58,657 bases of DNA from a virus. Its lineage: Duplodnaviria > Caudoviricetes. Shown here piece by piece: positions 1 to 7,795 of this stretch. Each line of letters starts with the position of its first letter. The first letter of the stretch is position 1. Under the pieces are notes generated by a model that saw only the letters and a list, made by a program, of their open reading frames with translations, ran no database searches and was not told where the DNA came from. Location of the stretch: positions 1-58,657 of IMG/VR virus record IMGVR_UViG_3300046796_000541, one strand, 5' to 3'. The translations under genes and the position numbers were made by a program.

Positions 1-127
1 ACGAGCTGTACTGGATCAACAGCGCCGGCAACAAGGTCCAGATCACCGCGGGCAACACGCTGAACTTCGCCGCGTTCGTCGGCGGGATCGGCGGCGACTA
101 CACGAGCGTCGGCGCGACCCTCAACTA
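1..127. repeat. Terminal overlap, copy 1 (circular contig)
   Basis: Identical to 58531-58657; falls inside a CDS; 127 is a common assembler k-mer size. Confidence 0.97.
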
Positions 128-884
128 TACCGACTCGCAGAAGGCGTACGAGTTCAAGGAGGGAACGATCGACTCGCACGGCTGGGCGCGGCTGCGCAGC
201 GGCGATCTGCGCCTGCTGCCGTTCAACACCACCGGCTCGGTGTTCGTCGGAATGGCGGCGCCCGGCGCGATCGCGGGCTCGTATACGGTGACCTGGCCGC
301 TCGCGTTGCCGGGCTCCACCGCGCTCCAGCAGATCGACAATACGGGCCAGGCGATCTTCAGCAACACGGTACCGAACGCGGTCACGTTCAGCAGTGCGGT
401 TATCGTGTCGGCCGGGGGGATCGCGGTCACCGGCAACTCGACGGTCACCGGCACCTTGAACGTGACCGGAACGCTGACCAACGGTGAAACCAGGACGTAT
501 TCGGTGGCGCTCGGAATTGCGGGAAGCGGCGCCACCGTCACCGTCGGGGGATCTCCGCCAGCGATCGGGATTGGTACCGCGACGACCGGCACCATGCTTC
601 CACTCGAGTTCAAGGTTGGCGTCACCATCACCGCATGGGAGGTACGGCTCATCAAGAACACCGACAATACGAAGACGCTGAGTGCGAAGCTGTGGAAGGG
701 GATTACCCCGACACAGGTCGGATCTACGCAGAGCAACTCCGCGAATGCCCCCGGATTTATCACGCTCGGTCAGAGCGGACTTACCGATGTGGTTGCGACC
801 CAGACCGCGTACTTCATCGAGGTCGTTGGTAGCGGCACCGCTGGCGACATCGTGACGCACTACTACCAAGCTACGACGGCGTGA
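1..884 (+). CDS. Tail fibre / receptor-binding protein, 3' part (gene starts at 58230 and crosses the junction; 394 aa in total)
   Basis: Frame is continuous across the overlap (...NELYWINSAGNKVQIT...); beta-rich, G/T-rich, with fibre-like VTGNSTVTGTLNVTGTLT; last gene of the head-tail operon. Confidence 0.7.
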   Translation, partial: ELYWINSAGNKVQITAGNTLNFAAFVGGIGGDYTSVGATLNYTDSQKAYEFKEGTIDSHGWARLRSGDLRLLPFNTTGSVFVGMAAPGAIAGSYTVTWPLALPGSTALQQIDNTGQAIFSNTVPNAVTFSSAVIVSAGGIAVTGNSTVTGTLNVTGTLTNGETRTYSVALGIAGSGATVTVGGSPPAIGIGTATTGTMLPLEFKVGVTITAWEVRLIKNTDNTKTLSAKLWKGITPTQVGSTQSNSANAPGFITLGQSGLTDVVATQTAYFIEVVGSGTAGDIVTHYYQATTA

Positions 885-885
885 G

Positions 886-1851
886 CTACTGCATTGTGTC
901 CTGGTAATCCATCACGTAGTCGCCGGCCGATCCCCCGCCCTGGACCTCGATGAAGTAGGAGGCATTCGGTGGGGTCGGATCGGTCAGGCCGGATGCTCCG
1001 ATGCTACCGGCGCCCTGGCCGATCAGCTGCTGTATAGAACCGATCTGAATCGCCGCGCCGGATCCTGTGGTCGCCCGCCACAAGCGAGCCGAGATGGTCC
1101 CCGTGGACGAGTTCTTGATGAATCTTACCGACCAGCCCACCAGCATCCGGCCGGCGGCGATGCGCATCGGCAGGTTGCTCGAGGCTGTGCTCGTGCCGAG
1201 CGCGAGCGACGGCGCGGTGAATGCCGAGCCCGGGAATAGCTGGACGCCGGGCCCCGGAATCGCGAACCCGATCGAATACGTCTCGACGGTCTGCGGCGTC
1301 GGCCCTGCCGCGATCGCAGCCCCCGCCCACGACACGTGGGTCGCCGGTGTCGGCCCGAAGATGCCCGGGGTCTGGGCCTTGAGCCGGATCTGCAGGTTCT
1401 CGCCAGCGACGACCACGTGCGGCGTCGCGAATGTGAGCGTCACGGTGGCGAGGTCGCCGGCGCCACTCGTGGTCGCATAGAGCAGCGCGTTGAACGTCGA
1501 ACCGTCCGACGACGGCGTCCCCACGAACACCACCACCGTGTTCCCGCCGGTCGAGAACCCGTTGTTCGGGCCGTTGTCGCGCACCGGGACGCTCACCGTG
1601 CCGATCACGTCACCGGCGGCGACAGGCAGCGGCACGATCCAGGTGGTGCAGCACCAGGACACCGAGCCGTCGGCGTTCAGCGTGCTGGTCACCCCGGTGT
1701 CGCCCCAGCCGGACGCCGGCGGGATCACGATGCCGCCGGACGAGAGCGACCCGGAGGAGGCGGCGACCGTAGCCGACTCTGCACCTCCAACGCACCCCAT
1801 TACCGCACATGAACTGACGAGCAGAATTCCTGATAACAGCGAAGATTTCAT
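886..1851 (-). CDS. Lipoprotein with two beta-rich domains; the C-terminal one is paralogous to the tail-fibre tip
   Basis: Signal peptide MKSSLLSGILLVSSCAVMG-C with lipobox-like Cys20; colinear motif matches to the C-terminus of the 884-ending protein. Confidence 0.8.
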   Translation of the reverse strand: MKSSLLSGILLVSSCAVMGCVGGAESATVAASSGSLSSGGIVIPPASGWGDTGVTSTLNADGSVSWCCTTWIVPLPVAAGDVIGTVSVPVRDNGPNNGFSTGGNTVVVFVGTPSSDGSTFNALLYATTSGAGDLATVTLTFATPHVVVAGENLQIRLKAQTPGIFGPTPATHVSWAGAAIAAGPTPQTVETYSIGFAIPGPGVQLFPGSAFTAPSLALGTSTASSNLPMRIAAGRMLVGWSVRFIKNSSTGTISARLWRATTGSGAAIQIGSIQQLIGQGAGSIGASGLTDPTPPNASYFIEVQGGGSAGDYVMDYQDTMQ

Positions 1852-2015
1852 GTTGGCACCCTTTCAGCGCCCGGAAGCATCGAGCGCGTCTGCAGCATAG
1901 GCGCCGCATCCGGCCTCAGAGCAATACCCATAAGTGCTTCTCCTCGGATAGGTCAGTTGCGCACATGCAACGTTTGCGCGTCTTCCTGATGTGCGAACGG
2001 TGTGTCTACGTGAGA

Positions 2016-2063
2016 TTGACATTATACAGCAGCGCAGAATGTGCGCCTGTCTGACACTCCGGA
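2016..2063. promoter_or_regulatory. Divergent promoter/operator region
   Basis: TTGACA (+, 2016-2021) overlaps a perfect TATAAT on the minus strand (2021-2026); CACTCCGGA motif at 2055-2063; locally AT-richer intergenic DNA. Confidence 0.5.
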
Positions 2064-2145
2064 CTGGTCGGCGCGGCGACGGGCCCGCTAGCGAAGGGGC
2101 GAAGCAACGGCGTCGTGCCGACCCTCCTTGAGGTACGCTGGTCCG

Positions 2146-2454
2146 ATGTCTACGCGCGACCTCAACGACACCGGACCTGTTCCGCCGATCGACTTCGACT
2201 TCGACCCGATGACGAGGACCTACCATCAGCCCGGCACCGGCCCGCGCTACGCCGTGCTGCCGTCGCCGGTGGCCGTCGCCGAGGTCATGCGCCGCGCCGC
2301 GCGCGAGGTGTTCGCGATCTCACCCGAGGCCCGGATGCTGGCCGCGGCGGGGCTGCGCAGCGACTTCGAGCGGCTGCTCGAGCAGATCGTCGACCGCGCC
2401 GGCCGCGAGGTGTCGGAGGTCCTGACGGCGGCGCTGACCGACCGCAAGGCGTAG
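2146..2454 (+). CDS. Hypothetical protein, probably leaderless
   Basis: TACGCT -10-like hexamer 6 nt before ATG 2146; typical codon usage. Confidence 0.65.
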   Translation: MSTRDLNDTGPVPPIDFDFDPMTRTYHQPGTGPRYAVLPSPVAVAEVMRRAAREVFAISPEARMLAAAGLRSDFERLLEQIVDRAGREVSEVLTAALTDRKA

Positions 2455-2470
2455 CCGGCACGTTGACGTC

Positions 2471-3160
2471 CTACCCTAGCGTGAGCACGCCCTGCCCGAG
2501 TCGGCGTGCGGCGATCTCGCAATACTTCTCCTCGCGCTCGATGCCCACGGCGCGGATGCCGAGGTCCTTGCAGGCGCGGAGCGTGGTGCCCGAGCCCATG
2601 AACGGGTCGAGCACAGACGTCGGCCGCTCGGGGCACAGGCCGATGGCCCACGACATGACGGCGAGCGGCTTCTGGGTCGGGTGGTAGCGGGGCTCATGGC
2701 CCTTGCGGATCATGCCGTTCCACAAATGCCGGCGAAGTCGAACCGCGCCGGTGTAGTTCGTCCAGGCCAGTTCGGCGTCGGCGAAATCCCCGGAGTTCTC
2801 TTTGTCCCAGACCAGCCAGCACGGAGAAGGAGGCAACGCGAAGTAGTTCCCGCCGAAGATGCACTGCCACATTGATAGCGAGCGGAGGTCGGTCAGTAGT
2901 CCATCGCTTGGCGGCGCATCGTCCCAGTCCGCGGTGCCATAGTCGCGAGGGCGCGGCGTGGACCCCTGTAGCCTCGCCGCCCTCGCCTCGGTGCAGACTC
3001 TAGACTTCCCCTTCCCTCTCGCCTCCCCGATCCCATACGGCGGGTCCGTGCACAGCAGATCGAACCGGCCGAGAGTCGGCGCGATCTCCGCGCAGTCGCC
3101 GTGGTAGATCGCGATCCCGTCGGCTTCGTAGTAGGGCGTCACGGGCTCCATCATCGTCAC
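2471..3160 (-). CDS. Orphan N6-adenine/N4-cytosine DNA methyltransferase (beta class)
   Basis: IYHGDC, DPPY catalytic motif, HPTQKP, LDPFMGSGTT SAM-binding motif in beta-class order. Confidence 0.95.
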   Translation of the reverse strand: MTMMEPVTPYYEADGIAIYHGDCAEIAPTLGRFDLLCTDPPYGIGEARGKGKSRVCTEARAARLQGSTPRPRDYGTADWDDAPPSDGLLTDLRSLSMWQCIFGGNYFALPPSPCWLVWDKENSGDFADAELAWTNYTGAVRLRRHLWNGMIRKGHEPRYHPTQKPLAVMSWAIGLCPERPTSVLDPFMGSGTTLRACKDLGIRAVGIEREEKYCEIAARRLGQGVLTLG

Positions 3161-3204
3161 GGGTGTGACACCCGGCGCGCGGTCGGACGTGGTACTACGC
3201 GCCC

Positions 3205-3573
3205 ATGTCCAACGACTACTTCAAGGAAATCGACCTCAACCCCGCCGTCGGGGGCCTCGTCAACAACCCGCTCGACCCCCGGGCGATGCACTACTTTGGG
3301 TTCCTGGCGGAGGGCCAGGATATCTCGATCGTGAACCCGATCACCCCGCAGCCCCGGATCGCGGTCTCCTGGCAGTTCGGGAATCAGCCCACCCCCGCGC
3401 CCGTCCCACCACAGCCGTCGATCGATGCGATCCTCGACTTCAACGGCACGGGCCCCGGTCTGCACTACGAGTTCCACCACGATCGGTCGCACGTGATCGT
3501 GTGGTGGGACCCGACCGTCGCGACGCCGACCGGACCGGCGGTCGTTCGGGTCCGCGCCTGGGCCACGAAGTAG
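3205..3573 (+). CDS. Hypothetical protein (possibly virion-associated)
   Basis: Clean 122-aa ORF with strong GC3 codon bias. Confidence 0.7.
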   Translation: MSNDYFKEIDLNPAVGGLVNNPLDPRAMHYFGFLAEGQDISIVNPITPQPRIAVSWQFGNQPTPAPVPPQPSIDAILDFNGTGPGLHYEFHHDRSHVIVWWDPTVATPTGPAVVRVRAWATK

Positions 3574-3600
3574 CCCGGTCCGACAGCGATCTGTATGCCG

Positions 3601-3708
3601 GCTTGCATTCCCGGCTGAACTGTGGTCGCATCGGTCAACCCACGGACCGGTACCGGCAGCCGTAGGTGAGCTTCCCCACCAGCCGCGGGGCCGCGCAACA
3701 GCGCCGCC
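3601..3708 (+). promoter_or_regulatory. Putative late promoter and structured 5' leader, copy 1
   Basis: TTGCAT-17-TCGCAT, hairpin 3638-3667, GAG-N5-CCACCAGCCG; homologous to 50192-50304. Confidence 0.7.
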
Positions 3709-6700
3709 ATGCCCGGGGAAGCCGTCCAAGCGTTCAGGTTCGCGCAGGGTGTCCAGACCAAGCAGGACCCCAAGAGCGTGGCCATGCCGGCGCTCCTCGT
3801 GCTCGAGAACGGCGTGTTCTCGCGCGCGACGTCGATCAGGAAGCGGAACGGGTGCGCTGACCTCGGCCAGCAGATCGAGGGCACCTCCGCCGACGTGACC
3901 GGCGCGATCCGCATGGCCAAGCGCGGCACCGAGCTGCTCGAGTTCACGCGCAACCGCTGCTACTCGCGCGAGAGCGGCGTCGCGCAGTGGTCCGACGCCG
4001 GGGCCGTGTTCAGCGCGGTGGGCGCGGACCGCCCGCTGCCGACCACCGGGACCGACCAGACCATGATCGACGCGGCATCGCTCGCCGGCGTCACGGTCTG
4101 CGCCTGGGAGGACTCGGCCGGCGGCGTCTGGTGGTCGGCCGTCGATACCGTGAGCCAGCGCGTCTACCGCGCCGCGACCCAGGCCGACGCGACCGGAATC
4201 TCGCCGCGTTGCGTGGCGGTCGGAGCCAACCTCCACGTGTACTGGGCGAACGCGGCGGGCGGGTCGATCAACGTCCTCGTGGTCAGCCCGCAGACCCCCG
4301 CGGCCGCGCCGGCGTCGATCCAGCTGACCCCTGACCTGGCGGTCGCTGACCCGGTCTACGACGTCGCGCCGACCACGCGCACCGACACCCCGTCGATCAT
4401 CGCGTGGGCCGAGCAGGGGACCACGAACATCAGGATCGGGTACATCGACCAGAGCGGCACCATCTCGTCGCCGCTGCTCGGTGACCCACCGTCGATCACC
4501 TTCGCTGCCGCGCGTACCGCGGCGACGCCGCTGGGGCTGGCCCACGCGTTCGTCGACGGCGCGAACGCCGACCGGATCGCGCTCGCATACGTCACCGGCG
4601 GCGGCCTGGGCACCGCCAAGGTCGAGTGGTTCGCGGCCGGGAACAGCGGTGCGAGCCCGTTGGCCACGCTCGCGAACTTCACCGCGTACGCGCCGACCGC
4701 GGCGTTCCTGCGGTGCGGCGTGACCGTGTTGCGCGACGCGACGGCGGGGACGATCACGGCGTGGACGATCTGGGAGGAGAGCGCGGCGGCTCCGACGAAC
4801 CACTATCTCCGCGTGGTCTCCGTCGAGGTCACCGCCGGCTCGAGCGGCGTCCTGGGGACGTTCAAGTCGGTCGGCCTCGTCGCCAAGCCGTTCTCGATCG
4901 GCTCCGACGTGTTCGCGACCACCGTGCACCCGACCACCTCATTCAACGTCTACGTCACCGTCCGGATCAACGGCAGCGGCACCGGCGTCTTCACCGACAA
5001 CGTGCCGGTGGGGCGCCACCTGCCCGGCTCGGCCGCCGGGCTGCCGGTCCGTACGCACGTCGCGTCGGCGTACGTGGTCGGGTCGATCGCGAGCATCGCC
5101 CTGCCGATGCGGCAGCGGTTGGTGAGCGAGAACAACGACAAGTTTCTGGAGACCGCGCCGCGGCTCATCACGATCGATTTCGACAACCCGCAGAGCCACC
5201 AAAGCGCCGAGTTCGGCAAGGGGCTGTACCTCGCCGGGGCCTGCCCGATGCACTACGACGGGCTCCAGTGGACCGAGCTCGGGTTCCACGTCGGTCCCGA
5301 GGTCATCGCTGCGGTCCCCGCCGGCGGCGGCTCGATGACCTCGAGCACAGTCTACGAGTACCGGGTCTGGTACGAGTGGACCGACGCGCAGGGCGAGGTG
5401 CATCTCGGGCCGACCTCGCCCGGGATCCTCGTGACGATGGGAGGCGGCGACACCCAGGTCACCCTGACGCTGCCGACCTGCCGGCTCACCCACAAGCTGG
5501 GCGTGCGCATCATGGTCGCGCGCTCGTTGCCCGGCTCGGACGGGAACGCCTCGCAGCTGTTCCGCGTGACATCGCTCGACACGACCGCGACGGGATCGGC
5601 CAACGGCTACGTCGCGAACTCGCTGGCGTCCGACACCGTGAATTTCCTGGACCGGATGAGCGACGTGACGCTCCAGACCTTCGACGAGCTGTACACCGAC
5701 GGCGGCATTCTCTCGAACGACCCGACGCCGCTCGGGCCCACGCTCACGCGGGGCAAGGATCGGTTGTTCGCGAGCGACCCGAGCGATCCGACCCTCGTGC
5801 GCTACTCGCAGCCGATCTCGGACGGGTTCGGCGTGCAGTGGCCGCCGGACCTCTTCCTCCGCATCGACCTCCAGGGCGGCAGCGTGCAGGGCCTCGCCGG
5901 CATCGACAACCGGATGATCATCTGGACCGAACGCCAGATCTGGACGTTCGCCGGCGACGGTCCGGACCAGACCGGGAACGCTGATGTGAGCGGGTTCTCG
6001 CGACCGCAGCTCGTCCCGAGCGGCGATATCGGCTGCACTGACCCGCAGTCGATCGTGTTCACGCCGCGCGGCTACTTGTTCATGAGCGCGCAGGGGATCT
6101 TCGAGCTCGGCGGCGACAGCAGCATCAACTACCGCGGCGCCCCCGTCGAGGCGTTCAACGGCCAGACGATCCGCCGCGCGATCCAGCTGCCGGACCGCAC
6201 CCAGATCCTGTTCCTCACCGACAGCGGATCGACGCTGCTCTACGACTACCTCTTCGACCAGTGGAGCACCTTCACGAACTACGAGGGCCTTGACTGCGCG
6301 GTCGTCGCCGGCCGGCTCTACTACCTGCGCACCGATGGGCGCATGTTCGCGGAGACCGTCGGGGTGTACTCGGACGCCGGCTCGCGGATCCGGCTGCGGC
6401 TCGAGACCGCGTGGATCAAGATGGTGGAGTACCTGCAGGGGTTCGAGAAGTTCAACCAGTTCCACCTGCTCGGCACATGGGAGTCGGCGCACCAGCTCGG
6501 TGTGCAGTACCAGACCGACTACACGCTGGGCTGGACCGACGCGGTGTGGTTCGACGCGACCGGCGTGAGCAGCGGCACCGGCTGGATCAGCGGATCGAAC
6601 GTCGTCGGCGTGGAGCCGATCAGCGGCTCGAACTACAACGACGGGCAGTACAGCATCGGGCAGTACGGCGGCACGGCGCCGGGCGAATACGCGTGGCGGC

Positions 6701-6858
6701 TCGACATGTGGGAGGTGGGGCAGGCGATTCAGTTCAGGTTCGAGGACTTCGAGGCCGCCGGATTCTTCGGCCCCTCCTTCGAGCTCACCGAGCTCGTCAT
6801 CACCGGGCAAGTGCTCGGCAACGTGCGCCGTCCGATGACGGCGGGAAGATCGGGATAA
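3709..6858 (+). CDS. Tail nozzle / tail tubular protein B-like (P22 gp10 / T7 gp12 analogue)
   Basis: 1049 aa, beta-rich; N-terminal LENGVF...IRKRNG and later GCTDPQSIV...FMSAQGI, LLYDYLFDQWSTF; directly upstream of ejection-protein genes. Confidence 0.75.
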   Translation: MPGEAVQAFRFAQGVQTKQDPKSVAMPALLVLENGVFSRATSIRKRNGCADLGQQIEGTSADVTGAIRMAKRGTELLEFTRNRCYSRESGVAQWSDAGAVFSAVGADRPLPTTGTDQTMIDAASLAGVTVCAWEDSAGGVWWSAVDTVSQRVYRAATQADATGISPRCVAVGANLHVYWANAAGGSINVLVVSPQTPAAAPASIQLTPDLAVADPVYDVAPTTRTDTPSIIAWAEQGTTNIRIGYIDQSGTISSPLLGDPPSITFAAARTAATPLGLAHAFVDGANADRIALAYVTGGGLGTAKVEWFAAGNSGASPLATLANFTAYAPTAAFLRCGVTVLRDATAGTITAWTIWEESAAAPTNHYLRVVSVEVTAGSSGVLGTFKSVGLVAKPFSIGSDVFATTVHPTTSFNVYVTVRINGSGTGVFTDNVPVGRHLPGSAAGLPVRTHVASAYVVGSIASIALPMRQRLVSENNDKFLETAPRLITIDFDNPQSHQSAEFGKGLYLAGACPMHYDGLQWTELGFHVGPEVIAAVPAGGGSMTSSTVYEYRVWYEWTDAQGEVHLGPTSPGILVTMGGGDTQVTLTLPTCRLTHKLGVRIMVARSLPGSDGNASQLFRVTSLDTTATGSANGYVANSLASDTVNFLDRMSDVTLQTFDELYTDGGILSNDPTPLGPTLTRGKDRLFASDPSDPTLVRYSQPISDGFGVQWPPDLFLRIDLQGGSVQGLAGIDNRMIIWTERQIWTFAGDGPDQTGNADVSGFSRPQLVPSGDIGCTDPQSIVFTPRGYLFMSAQGIFELGGDSSINYRGAPVEAFNGQTIRRAIQLPDRTQILFLTDSGSTLLYDYLFDQWSTFTNYEGLDCAVVAGRLYYLRTDGRMFAETVGVYSDAGSRIRLRLETAWIKMVEYLQGFEKFNQFHLLGTWESAHQLGVQYQTDYTLGWTDAVWFDATGVSSGTGWISGSNVVGVEPISGSNYNDGQYSIGQYGGTAPGEYAWRLDMWEVGQAIQFRFEDFEAAGFFGPSFELTELVITGQVLGNVRRPMTAGRSG

Positions 6859-6860
6859 CC

Positions 6861-7793
6861 ATGGTTGACTGGGGCGCAGGCGGCAAGGGCGCCGCATCCG
6901 GTGCGGCACTTGGAACGGCGATCCTTCCCGGCTGGGGGACCGCGATCGGCGGCGCCGTCGGCGGGCTATACGGCCTATTCGGCGGCGGCGGAGACGATCC
7001 CGCCCCGCCACCGCCACCGAACCCGTACGCCACCGCGATGCTTGGCAACATCGCCGGCGGCGCCCAGGGCCGCAGCGCGGCGTCGATGTACGGCTCGCAG
7101 TTCACCGTGGACCCCACGGGCCGGCAGGGCATCCTCGACACCACCGGCCGGCTCGGGCGGATCGCCGCGGGGACCCAGCAGGGCGCCGGCGAGATGGCGG
7201 TCAACGCGCAGGTCGGGCGCGCGAACGCCGCGCAGATGGCCGCCGCGCGCGCGAGCCACGGGGCGAACGCAGCCCTGGCGTTCCGCAACTCGATGCGCAA
7301 CCAGGCCGACATCGGGCTCGCCGGCGCGGGCCAAGCCGGCGCGATGCGGCTGCAGGACCAGGCTGCGGCGAATCAGCAGCTCGGTGGCCTGTTCACGAAC
7401 CTCTACGGCCAGGACGCCGGCATCGCCGCGCAGAACGCTCAGCTCTCACAGGCCGCGCAGCAAGCGAACCTGCAGGCGCAGATGCAGCAGCGTCAGATGA
7501 ACGACGCCTACCAGATCCAGGCGCTCGGGCAGATGCAAGGCTGGTCGCAGCAGCAGATTGACGCCTACCGCGCGCAGCTCCAGCAGCAGCAGATCGACCT
7601 GCAGAAGCCCAACGTGGCGGGAAACCTCCTGCAGGGCGCGGGGACATACATGCAGCTCAAGGGGATGGGGGCCTTCGGTGGCAACGCCGGCGCGAGCGGC
7701 GGCGTTCAACTTCCCAACCCCGGCGGGCTCTCGCAGATGTATCCCCACGGTGACCAGACCGGCGGTAGCGGCCCGGTCACGATGCCGAGCTGA
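6861..7793 (+). CDS. Internal virion / ejection protein (small)
   Basis: ATG 6861; glycine-zipper N-terminus GAASGAALGTAILPGWGTAIGGAVGGLYGLFG followed by A/Q-rich helices. Confidence 0.75.
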   Translation: MVDWGAGGKGAASGAALGTAILPGWGTAIGGAVGGLYGLFGGGGDDPAPPPPPNPYATAMLGNIAGGAQGRSAASMYGSQFTVDPTGRQGILDTTGRLGRIAAGTQQGAGEMAVNAQVGRANAAQMAAARASHGANAALAFRNSMRNQADIGLAGAGQAGAMRLQDQAAANQQLGGLFTNLYGQDAGIAAQNAQLSQAAQQANLQAQMQQRQMNDAYQIQALGQMQGWSQQQIDAYRAQLQQQQIDLQKPNVAGNLLQGAGTYMQLKGMGAFGGNAGASGGVQLPNPGGLSQMYPHGDQTGGSGPVTMPS

Positions 7794-7795
7794 CC

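Noticed and set aside
495-1281. DGR template/variable repeat or Gin/Cin-type invertible fibre switch
   Set aside because: Differences are not adenine-specific, DNA identity is patchy, and I see no reverse transcriptase or invertase gene.
2471-3160. Restriction-modification system
   Set aside because: No adjacent nuclease recognised; orphan methyltransferases are common in phages.
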